Assembly: GCA_964016885.1 (NCBI GenBank)
Contig: OZ024743.1
Span: forward strand, 145,948,001-146,012,000
DNA: 64,000 nt
Direction: 5' to 3'
Origin: Eledone cirrhosa
Lineage: Eukaryota
Part shown: one piece after another, positions 26,088 to 38,731 of the stretch
How positions within the stretch are numbered: position 1 is the first letter of the stretch
How the letters are laid out: each line of letters opens with the position of its first letter
Program-made: the position numbers and the translations under genes
The notes under the pieces: generated by a model
The model's database searches: none
What the model was told of the DNA's origin: nothing
What the model saw: the letters and a program-made list of their open reading frames with translations, nothing else

Positions 26088-28401
26088 TTTAGTAATAGAC
26101 AAACCGAAGCAAACATATTTATATGTCTTGTCCAGAAACACAGCATAATAACTGTAGTAAGGGTCAATCTTATGACTATGTGACTAGAATTATAGAATGA
26201 GCCCTGTGATTATACATTTGTCATTCTGTCTGAAGCTATACTATTCAGGATATTAAGATAGTATTTAGTGTTTGCAAGGTCATTCTGGGATTATATTGTT
26301 ACAATTATTGAAGTTTTGATTGTAAAATGTTATTTCTTGCTCTCGTTACCATCTGCTTCCTATATCAAATACATATTTTTAAAATTCTTCAGCACAAAAA
26401 ATTATATTCATAAGAATATTATTTATTTTTAAACAAAAAACAAAATAAAAATGATTAAAAGCTTTGTTTGTATACAGTTTCTTGATTGGGCAGGGCATGA
26501 GAATATTCTAATATAACAATGTAGCCTACAATGTTTACATTTTCATTTGGTGTTGGTCAAATGTTATTGACTTGAACTTTCTTCAGAGCAGCAGAAGTAG
26601 AGAAAAGCAATAAAACAAATTAAAATACCATAGTATAACATAAAAAAGATACATGAATAACTTCATTATTTCAAGCCAAGAGAACTTTTATGCAGTTGTT
26701 TGATAATATTAGTGCTCAAATCTCCCTTAAATCATACCTACAATGTTGTTTTTGATACACAAAAAAGATGGGATGGTTAGAGCTGGAATGTCTTTGATAT
26801 GAGATCTGCTCCATCAGTATTGATTTAAGGTAGCTAAACAACAACAACAATAATTCTGTAATTTCAAACAGACAATGAAATGTGTAAATGCTTTTGTAAG
26901 TTTAGTAACTTTCAGCAAAGATGGAAAGAAATGAATGAGTGGATGATGTATTGGAGCATAAGTTCAAATAAACTACTGTTGTTTATGCATTTTAATTTAC
27001 TTAGTTGTTATAGGGTGGTGAATTGGCAGTATCGGTAGAGTGTCAGACAATGTGCTTTACAATCTGAATTCAAATCCTGTTGAGGTAGCCTTTGACTTTC
27101 ATCCTTATGAGGATTGATAAAATAAAGTACCAGTTATGCACTGGGGTCGATTTAATCGACTTTCCCTTCCCCCAAAATACTTAGCTGTCATGAATAAGTA
27201 CTGGGTTTTCTGGGGGTAAAGCTCAGTGGAGCTGGTCATTATTTGATATATAGATAGCTCTAAACATTATAAGTATAACTTGCAGAAATCTCTCACATGA
27301 AACTGTTTTCCAGAGAAAAATATTTGCTAAAATGTTTAAAGGTTACTGTGGTAGTAACCGATTAAACTTGAAATTAATCTTATAATTAATCTGCCACCAA
27401 CAGTGTTGAAAGTATTATACTTTTGTGCCAAAGCAATGTTTATGACCTCATTTTCATTTCCAAATCTAGTAATTTGGTTTCACTTACAATGTCATAAAAT
27501 TTCATAGAATTTTCCTTTTAATTATATGTATATGGAAGTAATTAACATTACTCGCTTTAGGTACACAGTAACCAGTAACTCCTTGTATATTTATTCAATG
27601 TGTGCATGTGTGTGTGTGTGTGCATGTGTGTGAGAAAGAGAGAGAGAGACAGAGAGAGAATTAGCATATGTGAGTTTATACAACTATGTTTGCACTTATC
27701 TATCTATCAATATCTTTCTATCTATAAAAGTGTGTTCTGAACTCATTTTCATGTAAATCCAGGATACCATAATTAAATGCTTAAGAGACTATTATCTGAT
27801 AGTTTTCCATTTAAATATTGTCATAGATTACTTATAAAACCAATGAAGTACCACTCACACAGTGCCAGAAGTGTGGATGGCTGAGTTCATGGAATAACCA
27901 AACAATCATTTGAGAGATCTTCAGTTCCTAGTCTGTTACCACCGTTTCCATTTGCAACATCCTGATACTTAACTCTCAATGACTGATTCTATTGAGATTT
28001 AAGAGTTTTGGCCATGAACCTAGAAGAGTACAAGTGACAAAATACAGACTGCTTATTCTTCAGCAAATTGTGCTGGTATCCAATCAGTTTAAACATTAGT
28101 GCTTTCATTCTTTGTAATAATATCTGTAAATATCCTCTTGGCAGATTTATTTTTCTCTCATAACGGGAAAAAGAAATTGAAGTGTCGACCAACTAAACCA
28201 GAATGTTATTTTTTTAAGGCTTAGTTAAGAGGAAATAGAAGCAGTGCCATGACATCTACGGCCTTCTAAGACTTGTGAAACCAATATTTTCATCTTGAAC
28301 ATATGTAAATCAGTGTTTATAGGAAAAAGGTAGACAGAAAGGGAATCTCAGAACATTGACTCTTTGGGAAAGAAAGATTGTGAAACAATGCTAGTGTAGG
28401 A

Positions 28402-28671
28402 TGTGGGTATGGTGTGGCGTGCGGTGGCCAGAAGCTGGGGAGTGCTCGACCGGAAAAGTGCTTGACCGGAAGGGTGCTTGGCCGGAAGGGTGCTCGATCA
28501 GAAGGGCCAGCAGATCGGCCTCTCTCTAGTGGTGACCAGGAACGGTGTGGACGCGAGTTTTGGCAGCTCCCGGTGTTAATGAGTTGGACGCACGGGGAAG
28601 AGGAGAAACCAACAATGGGATTTAGCGGCGCCTATGAAAAGTGGTAAGTGAGATAGCCTTTTCTAACCACA
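28402..28671 (+). repeat. 5' LTR
   Basis: TGTGG...CCACA termini; highly similar to 32398-32661. Confidence 0.9.
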
Positions 28672-28801
28672 AGCTATTTCGGCACTGGAAACTGAGATCG
28701 GATTGAAAAAAAAAAAAAAAGAAAAAAAAAAAAAACCTACTGGAAAAACAGAGAGGAGTCTGTTGTTTCTTTTTATCATGTACCGCAAGACAAATTAGGA
28801 T

Positions 28802-29571
28802 ATGGCGACGAGAATATGAACGAGCGAAGCGATTAGGGCATTTACCGGTGAAGGCGATGTTGTCACTTGGCTGCGAACAGTCCGGCTGGTCGCAAGCTTA
28901 CAGAAGATAGAAGATGTGGCTGGCCTCATGGCACTGTACCTCGAGGGGGACGCGTTGGTACTCTTCGTTGAGTTGGATGAACACAGCCAAAGAGATGCGC
29001 AAAAGATTGAGAGGCGCATGATAGAAGCGTTCGCAGAGGGACCGGTAGCTGCTTTTGCTAAGCTGGCAAGAATTAGATGGAATGGTGAACGCGTTGACAT
29101 TTTCGCAGCGGAAATATGGCGATTGGCCATGTTGGCTGGATATCAGGTGGAATGCGAACGCACGGTGCGGTTGGCGTTCATAACTGGCTTTCCAGACGAC
29201 ATAGCGGTGAAACTGCAGCAAGTCCCAGGTTACAAAGAAATGGAAATGTGTTCACTGGTGGAACAAGCCCGGATCATAGCAGAAGATGCCAAGAAGAGTG
29301 TTGCGGCGATAGCAACTACAGAGGCTCCTTTTCACCATTTCGCTGGCAGCGAAATGGTGAAAAGGAGGCAACCACGGCACGCGGTCGCCCGCTAACATTT
29401 AGAGGTCACTGTTTTAGGTGCCAGGGCCTGCACATGGCTAGAGACTGTAGAGAGTCAAGGCCGGAAATAATATGCTGCCGGTGTAAGCGACCAGGCCACA
29501 TCGCTACTAACTGCGACCAGGGAAACGATCCAAGGGGAACTACTGCGCCGGTAGTTGCCCCTTACGAGTAG
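28802..29571 (+). pseudogene. gag: Gypsy gag with two zinc knuckles
   Basis: ATG at 28802 is in frame with the 28916 ORF but has TGA at codon 6; a frameshift lies near 29390; knuckles CFRCQGLHMARDC and CCRCKRPGHIATNC. Confidence 0.85.
29520..29563 (+). promoter_or_regulatory. -1 programmed ribosomal frameshift signal
   Basis: G GGA AAC in the gag frame, 5-nt spacer, hairpin AAGGGGAACTAC/GTAGTTGCCCCTT; the -1 frame is open into the protease. Confidence 0.85.
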
Positions 29572-29582
29572 AGACGCTGCCC

Positions 29583-32372
29583 GTGGTGGAAGTCTTCATG
29601 AGGGGAAAGCCACAGCGAGCCCTCGTGGACACGGGCTGTACGATGACACTGGTGACCGCGGGGGTGGCGCAGAGGTGGAGAGGGAAGAGCAGCATAAGGG
29701 CAGTCGACGGCAGGAAAATTGAAAACCGAGGTCGCAGCGAGGTGGAGATAGCGGTACGGGGAAGGAAAATAAGGCTTTCTGCCATCGTAGTTGACAACGT
29801 GGTGGATGGGATCGGCGTGGTTATGGGCATGGACGGAATTGGCCGTCTAGGAGGCGTCACAGTGAACAACGTCAGTGTTTCATTTGACGGCGCTGCATCG
29901 GTATGCGCTGTGAGTATGCGACAGGAGAACCAGAAGGCCCATGAGGAGAAATACCCCGCTTACACTGTGCAGGACAAAGACTTCAAGGCCGTGTTCGATG
30001 GGCAACGATGGGTTGTTGAGTGGTACTGGAAGGGAGAACCACCACCACTGAAGATCAAAGTGGGCTACTATCAACACACATTGAAGGGAAACATTAGGAG
30101 CGAGTTCGAGCGAGAGGTAGAGAGATTGATTGAGGAGGGCATACTGCTTCCCTGGAAAGAGGAGGTGAAGTGCGGAGTATTGCCATTAATGGCGGTGGTG
30201 CAACCCACGAAGAACAAGGTGAGGCCGGTGCTGGACTTTCGGGTACTGAACGAACACGTGTCATGCCACACGGGTGGCGAGGTCACAGATGTCTGTGGGG
30301 AAACCCTGCGTGAGTGGAGATGCATGACGGGGGCTTCCGCAATCGTCGATCTAAAGTCGGCATACTTGCAATTGCATATAGATGAGAAGCTCTGGCAGTA
30401 TCAGCTGGTCAGGTATAAGGGCCGGACATATTGCCTGACCAGACTCGGTTTCAGGCTGAGCTCCGCACCGAAGATCATGGCAGCGGTCCTCAAGACCATT
30501 CTGGTAAAGGCCGACAAGATGAAGAGGGCCACTAACTCCTACATTGACGACATCCTAGTGGATGAGTCTGTGGTGTCGGCGGCGGAGGTCACGAGCCATT
30601 TACGGGGGTATGGACTGGCTGCGAAGCCGTCAAAAGCGATGGAGAGAGGAGCCGCGCTGGGACTTAGGCTACGGTGAGACAGGACGGGTGTCTTGGTATT
30701 CCAGAGGGGAAATGAAGTTCCTGAACTGGGCCCAAGTATGAGTAGGCGGGAGCTTTTCTCGGTGTGTGGAAAGTTGGTGGGTCACTACCCGATTGCTGGG
30801 TGGCTATGGATGGCATGCAGCTATGTCAAGAGACGAGCAGGAGGGGTGACTTGGAGTGACAGAGTGGGAGAGAGGACGGTGGCCATGATGCAGGAGATCG
30901 TGGGGAGGGTGAAGGCCGACGACCCAGTGCGGGGACGCTGGTATGTTCCCAAATCGCAGAGCGGGACTGTATGGTGTGATGCCAGCAGCATAGCGCTGGG
31001 TGTCACATTGGAGATAGGAGGTGTTGAGGTCGAGGATGCGGCCTGGCTTAGGAAGAAGGACGACTGCAACCACATCAATGTGGCCGAACTGGACGCAGTG
31101 TTGAGAGGGATGAACCTCGCCCTGAGATGGGGACTGCGCACCATCGAGATACGCACCGACTTGGCTACTGTACTCGGATGGGTGAGGTCAGTGCTTACCA
31201 GTGAGAAGAGAGTGCAAACGAGAGGGGTGGCGGAGATGCTGATAAAGCGCCGCCTGGGAACTCTAGGAGAGCTGGCCACCGAGTTCAACCTGAAGTTGAG
31301 TGTAGTCTTCGTGCCCTCAGAGAAAAATAGAGCAGACATCTTAACCAGGGTGAAGAAAGCCTGGATGGAAGCGCCGAAGGAGGTAGAAGATGAGATAGCT
31401 GCCGTGTGTCGGCTGACCGAGTCGGATCTGAAAGGGTTGCATGACATGCACCACATGGGAGCGGATAGGAGCCTGTTCCTAGCCAGGAGAATCGACTCGG
31501 ACGTTAACAGACACAGTGTTCAAAGGGTGGTTAGAGGCTGCGTCCGATGTCAGTCCATTGATCCCGCCCCGGGTGTGCACGAAACGGGAAGCCTACCGGT
31601 GGATCGCGACTGGAAGTGATTGGCGGTGGATGTAACACACTACCGACAAGGAACATACCTCTCGATGGTCGACTGTGGACCAGGACGGATGGCGATATGG
31701 AGGGAGATGAAGACTGGAACGGCCGAGGAAATCATGCGGACGTTGAGAGAGGTGTTCTTGGAGCGGGGCCCTGTGGACGAACTGCTGATGGACAACAGCG
31801 CAGCGTTCTGCTCGGAGGCGCTGAGGGAGATGTTCGATGGATGGAAGGTGAACTGTTTCTTCAGAGCAGCGCACAGGCCGAGCGGGAATGGAATTGTGGA
31901 GCGACACCACCGGACGATCAAGGCAATGGCGAAGCGGGGCCATATCTCACCAATGGAGGCAGTGTTCTGGTACAACATGTCCCCTCGGGTGGGACAGGTC
32001 GAGGAATTGGTGCCACACAGAGCAGTATTCAGATATGAGTGGTGGCACCTGTGCACGCCACCACAACGGCCAGTGGGGAGAGAGAGTGCATTCGTGCAGG
32101 TGGGCGAAGAAGTCTGGGTTAAGCCCCCAGATGCACGTTGCACATCTCAATGGGGAAGGGGAACGGTGACGGTCGTAAATTCCCAGAACAATGTGTCCGT
32201 GGACGGAGTACCACGTCATGTCCTGGATGTCCGTATAATCACTGTGTCAACGGACTCCGAGGAAGAGGAAACCCAAAGTGCCGCCCCAACACTGCGGAGA
32301 TCGCAAAGAAGTTGCAAACCACCAACCTGGACAGCAGACTTTCATATGCAGAAGGATGAGGGGGGAAATTGA
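29583..32372 (+). pseudogene. pol: Gypsy pol (protease, RT, RNase H, integrase) with two in-frame TGA stops
   Basis: ALVDTGC, VDLKSAYLQ, YIDD, WCDASS..INVAELDA, HHCC finger, AVDVT..MDN..GIVERHH; the three ORFs share one frame. Confidence 0.93.
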
Positions 32373-32397
32373 TCCTTGAGATCAGGGGGGGGGGGCG

Positions 32398-32661
32398 TGT
32401 GGATATGGTGTGGATACGGTGGCCAGAAGCTGGGGAGTGCTGGACCGGAAGACTGCTTGACCGGAAGGGTGCTTGGCCGGAAGGGTGCTCGATCAGAAGG
32501 GCCAGCAGATAGGCCTCTCTCTAGTGGTGACCAGGAACGGTGTGGACGTGAGTTTTGGCAGCTCCCGGTGTTAATGAGTTGGACACACGGGGAAGGGGAG
32601 AAACCAGCAATGGGATTTAGCGGCGCCTATGAAAAGCGGTGAGATAGCTTTTTCTAACCAC
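32398..32661 (+). repeat. 3' LTR
   Basis: Follows the poly-G PPT and matches the 5' LTR. Confidence 0.9.
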
Positions 32662-33089
32662 TGGATTGAAAGAGAAGGATGACATGATAGGAGCAAATTG
32701 AGGTAGAGATATGAATTAGATGGTGACCTGGGTGGAGCCAATAAGCAACTAGATAGTTTTGAGGGGAGCAAAGGTTTCAGTAGTAGAGAGGTTCAGTAGT
32801 AGAAGAGAGAGAAGTTAACATGTCTGTGGATCAGAAGTTGTAGTGTGTTAATGAGTGAGATTTTGCCTTTTAATCAGACAGCGTTCTTTTGAATACAGTC
32901 AAGAATGCTTGTGTGTGTAGCACCAACATCATATCACATATGGGACAAGCTCCAGATTGCATTCATTAAAGGACCAGTTGGACAAAGATGAGTTGGTAGG
33001 CACCGATAGAAATATATACTCACAAGTTTTGACTTGCTTTCTTAATTTATTGGACATGGTAATTACAAGAAACCTTAGAATTTGGATGT

Positions 33090-34121
33090 TACACATCGTC
33101 ACCATTTTATGTCGATTTTTCACACTAGCATGGGTTAGACGAGTTGTCCTGTTGTGGGCAATGCTAGGTCAGGTGACCATGTCTTGTTCATACAAAACTG
33201 ATTTTGGCTTGGTTTCTATAGCTGGATGTCTTTCCTAATGCCAACCTCATTTACAGTGAGTACTGAGTGCTTTTTGTCGTGACACCTACACAACCACTTT
33301 ACAGTGTGGGTTGGGTGCTTTTCGTTGTGACACCTACACGTGGGAAGGTAGGGTGGGGTGGTGGCATACTATATATATATGTGCTTCAGCTTTGGCCTGG
33401 GCTCGTAGGATGTCAGTTCTGTATTACTGCATAACGCCAGAGATCTCAGTCCAGTGTCATCACCTTTGAGAGGTGCAATTGGGCAAGGTCAGCTTTTGTC
33501 CCCTCATCCTAAGTCTTTCTGAGTCCCCCCACTCTAAGGCTACCATCAACTTTGAGTGCTCTGCACCTTTTTATACAGCTGTCATACTTCATACACACCA
33601 CATGCCCATACCAACGTAATCACCTCTCCTGCACACACCATTTGATTCCTCTTATGCCTAGTCTCTCTCTTAGTTTCTTTATGCTTTGCCGTTCAAGTAT
33701 ATTACTATTATAAATCCATCAGAGCATGCAAGCTTCATTTCTTTCCAGTCTATGCAAGTCTTCTGCACACAGTGCCCAGGTCTCACTACCATGCAAACAT
33801 TGCTGTTCGAATGCACGCATCATATAGTCTGACTTTCATTTTGAGGGAAAAGCCTTTTGTAGCTAGCAGCGGTAGTAGCTTCTTCAACTTCTATCCCCTT
33901 CTTACTCTGGTGACTGTACTTTCAGAACACCCACCTATGCTGCTAATTCAGTCACTCAGGTAGCAGAAGCTGTCTACTGTTTCTACCGAGCCCTCCCAGA
34001 ATTTGGTAGCACTTGTTTCCTGTGGTCGTTTGCTGCTTACTGTCCCGGTGCAACTGCTACATGTAAAGCCTACATTCCTAGCTAAACTTCCTGAGATCCC
34101 ACTACATCTTTTGTGTACCCA
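33090..34121 (-). mobile_element. RTE subfamily A 3' fragment
   Basis: Runs from the PHD C-half through the thumb to the 3'UTR; the 5' end abuts (TA)n. Confidence 0.88.
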
Positions 34122-37100
34122 TATATATATATATGTATGTATGTATGTGTGTGTATGTTTGCATGTGTGTGTGTGTACATATATTGTATATGTATGTGTA
34201 AATCTCTCTTTCTCTCTGTCTATGTGTGAGTGTGTCTGTGCATGTAAGAATAATCATAGATACATGTGCACACACATACATACACATATAAATATCATTC
34301 AAGTTTTCACTAGTTAGAAAAGAAGGAAGTTATTGACATTTCTGATGACTAAGTCAGCTTTTGGATTATGACAAACATAATATGTCTGAGACAACTAATT
34401 AACTTGGCTTTTTTCCAGGCAGTCTATTAGATTGGTTAGATTAAAATTGATGCAGTGACTTTAAAAATGAGCACAGCTAGTTTATCATCATCATTATCAT
34501 CATTATTCATCCTCCCTCACCTCCCCCATCTTTATCATAATTATCATCAGCAGCAGAAGATGAAGCATCCATAACACTCATCCATAACACTCATGCAGTA
34601 ACTGCTGCAGCAGGTAGTGTATCTGTACCCTGACACCAATCTATTTCTGATTTGGCATAAGTGTTCTGCTGGCTATCTCCTGATGATGATGTTCAGAATG
34701 TCTATGGTGATGTAGGTGTGTTGCTATGTTTAATCCTTTTGGTACAATAATTCTATCATACATCCGCTGTTGTTGTTTAGCTCCAGGTCTGCTAAGATTG
34801 AGTAGACTTAATGTTTAAAAGCATTCCACTGAGACCAACCCATCTGTTTTAGCCATAATGTACCCAGGACATTATTTAATGTGTACTTTTCTTTTGTAGG
34901 GAGAGTGTGGTGAGACAGATATTTGGCTGCTTTTTCTAAGTTAAGCAACTTAGAAAAGGCTCTAGCCTTGGCTCAACAGTCTTTATATAGTCTTTTATTG
35001 ATGAGTGGTATTGCAAAGGATCCATGTGTATGTAGTAGGTTGAGGATTCCTCTCAACATGTACAACATTTAACAGAAGGACCCTCATCTATCATCAATGA
35101 TTTTCACAAGGCAGAATTCCTTGGGGAATTCTGGAGAGTTATTATTTGTCACTGGGTGATATCAACCTGACACCAAGAGGATGATGGCATTTGGATGTGA
35201 TGATGATGATAAAGAGTATAATAGGGATGATGATGATGATGATGATGATGGTGGAGGTGGTGGTGGTATTGATAACTAAACACAATTATCATTTTGCAGC
35301 CAGAGCAGCACATAGTAATTTTCTTGTCTTAACACACAAAAAGACATAAGCCAAAGAGGAAGCCTATATTTGGTTGCTTGACTCACTTGAAATAGCAGTC
35401 AAATTACAATTCCCTATCTTAAAAAAACCCAGGAGATTTTAGATGATAAGTTTCTTTTGAAAAAAATAGGGAACAATCATGACTGGAACATTCTCAATAA
35501 TTTGTCAGCTCAGTCAGGGCTGAGAACAATAAGAAAGGATTTGCTTTTAATAAAACAAAACAAAAACAAAAACAAAAAACCTATACATGTCAAAGGGGGG
35601 AAAGTTCCAGAACTAAGAATGAAAGATGCACGTCCTCATATGTGTATCATCCAGAAGAAGTGAAAAAGCTAAGTGGATAAAGTAGTAAACTAACTGTTCA
35701 TAGGCCATACATTTAAATAGATTGCAGGTATTTTGTTATGTTTCTGTACAAGGCACTTTACTCTACATTGCTTTATTTCCCATTGGTATTGGGAATAGGT
35801 CCCAAAATAACTGGCAAAAGGTGACTAGGGCTGGTCACTCATTGATACATATCCCTGACAACCAATGGCTAAGCAATTTACTCTATCACCTCCAACACCA
35901 CCACCATCGTCACCATTTTATGCATATTTTCTATGATTGCATGGTTTTCACAAATGCATAGGATGGATAAATATATCTTTGGCACTTACCATAGTTGTAT
36001 ACAGTAAAAATTTGGCTGTCTAGTTCAGCAACCAGGTTCAATTCAAGAGTCTTGAAGATTTCCACTGCACTTCATTAGTTGCATTCCATTTATGTTTTTA
36101 TTGTTATAGTGGTATAAGTGTAGCGAATTGATTTCAATAGGGAATAGGGAATCGAAACCAATAATCCAGGTTTGTATTAAGCTTATCACTGAAGCTGTAC
36201 ATTTTTATTGCTACTATAATGACCTCACTTCTTGGAGATAGTTGCCACAATCACACAGACACTCCTAATTTATTTGTGTCTCCTATTATGTCCACTACAT
36301 CAATGTTGCACAATAACCTCTACACTCAGTCCTTTCTTCCCAGAACATCGATCCTCTGGAATTCCCTACTTGCCCATATTTCTCCTGCAGCTATTCAAAA
36401 AGAACATTAACCATGTTGACTTCTCTGGTCTTAATGGGCCTGTAAAGGCTATGGCACAGCCCCTTCCTCCAGAGTTAAATAAAACAGAATAAATACCTAA
36501 CAGTGTTCATTTTTAGTCTGCTACATTGTAAACTATATTGAACGATACCTTTATTGACTTAATCAACAATACTTCATTACAAATTCATGTCATTGTGTTT
36601 CTGAGAAGAGTGTAGTGGAATAACATTTAGAGTGCCAAACTAAATGTTTAACTGTATTTAGTTTTGTCTTTCTACGTGCTTAATTTAAATCCCACTAAAG
36701 TTGATTTCGTTTTTTATCCTTCTGGAGTCAATGAAATAGGTACCAGGCTTGAATCAAGTAATTAAATCAGTTATACTCTTCTACTAATTTGTAGTCTTGT
36801 AGCAATATAAAAAAATCATTAACTGCCTTTAAACAGACAAGACACAAAGAAAGATTGAAAGAAGAGGAAGAAAGAACAGACAGAAAGAGTCAAATAGGTT
36901 GTAAAAACAAAAATAAAAAAAAATAAAAACCAAACTAAGAAAGAAGAATGACTCAACAATCAGCAGTTTTTCTTCTATCAATGTCTGTTTCATGACCATG
37001 AGGTGGAGACGTAATTAATCCAATTTAAAATGTTAATTGTTTATACTGTAATTGAAAAATTTTCTGGACTTAGTTCTTAAGTTTGATTTAAACTTGATGA

Positions 37101-38479
37101 TTATAGCCATGAGGAATCTTTTAGTTTATTATTTAGTTCCAGTGAAATAATGAGGCCATGTTCACTTGCACGTCTATATTCAGCAAGAGATCGTAAAACA
37201 TAAAAAAGATAACTTTTGATCTTTGTATTGACTTTCAACTGTTTCTTCATCAACTCCTTTCCTAGATTGTTACAACTGGGGTACATCTTCCCATTATTAC
37301 TTCTATTTATGTGGTAAGATTTCCTGCCATTTCAAAAGGTATCCAAACAGACTTAGTTTAATACAATATATCTATTATTAAAAGACGAATGATGTGCATC
37401 TGATTTGTAGATGTTTGCGAGTAAATACTTCCTAAGTCTACTTAATAATTTATAATTAAATGTATCTACTATTAAATAATTGTTTCTATTTTAGGCACAA
37501 GGCCAGCAATTATCCAGTGCATTACTGGTACTTTATTTTATCGACCCCGTAAGGATGAAAGGCAAAGTCAACCTCGGCGGGATTTGAACTCAGATCGTAA
37601 AGGGACGTAACTATGCTGGAAAGCATGGCGTCCGACGCTCTACTGATACTGCCAATCCATGACTTCAGAGAAAGATGGAAGCAGTTGCAGTTCCAATAGA
37701 CATTAGCAGTGTAGTGAAAATACAGAACTGATACTACAAAAGAAGAGATTTGTAGATTCAGTCGGCAACACTTTCAATTTATCCTATTTCCAATCTAGTT
37801 CATAGGTATCCTACCTACATTTCTCTATTTGTTCCAAACATCTCAGTTACATTATTCCACCACTTATTCACTACACTATTTTATTATTTATCAATTACAC
37901 TAATTCAGTATCATAATTATCATTCCTTGATTGATATCATGTTCTAATTATCAAACAGGCTAAATCTACTTCAACCTCTTTGCAAATATCTGTGAATTTT
38001 TATTCAATCTAGACCTCCATCAACTACTCCATACTAGCACACAAATCAAATTTCTTATTCCTCTGTGGGATATAAATGTCTCGTAATTTTTTTCTAATCC
38101 ATCTCTGCTCTATATTCCAACTTCTGAAATCCACACACCTCTTTCTCACTCACCTGGATCTCAGCAGCAATAACTTTTAGTTGCTCTGGTTTAATGTATA
38201 TCTTCCCTATTCCTAAAAGTTCATCTAATGTTTCTACCATTCAACTTTTCTAATCACTTTTAGCTATTTGATTATTTCATATCATGTATCTACTGATATG
38301 GATAGCTAAGTCAGGCTTCTTGGTAATATATGTGAAAATATTACCATATCATTGAGTATTACAAAACCCATTGAATGCGAAAGGCTGTTTTCATTGATAT
38401 GTGTATTAGATAACAACTCAATATTGCACACACACATGCACAACTATACCTGTTACTCATAATATAGAACTACATTTTC

Positions 38480-38680
38480 TGCACTGCCTTGGTGTCCATT
38501 GTCACTCTAATAGTCCACCTGTTATTTCTGAAATGGGAGACGTGGCCTGCCCATCTATATTTGCCCTTCTTGATGGTCTCAATTATGTCCTTCACGCCAG
38601 TCTGCTCTCAAATCCAGCTGTTGCTCTTCCTGTCATGTAAGGTGATAACTGAGCATGATTCATTCCCTTTTACATTCAGC
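38480..38680 (-). mobile_element. Short RTE-like fragment of another family
   Basis: Translates KGKYRWAGHVSHFRNNRWTIRV. Confidence 0.55.
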
Positions 38681-38693
38681 CACATATCTATAT

Positions 38694-38694
<1 letters not shown>

Positions 38695-38731
<37 letters not shown>

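Larger units (their letters stand above)
28402..32661 (+). mobile_element. Full-length Ty3/Gypsy LTR retrotransposon, pseudogenised
   Basis: Two ~270-bp LTRs; domain order gag-PR-RT-RH-IN; G-rich PPT before the 3' LTR. Confidence 0.95.

Noticed and set aside
28414-28647. Duplicated short ORFs at 28414 and 32376
   Set aside because: They are incidental frames within the two LTRs
28397-32666. Target-site duplication of the Gypsy element
   Set aside because: The flanks (AGGA versus TGGA) match only imperfectly and the 3' LTR end is altered, so a TSD cannot be asserted
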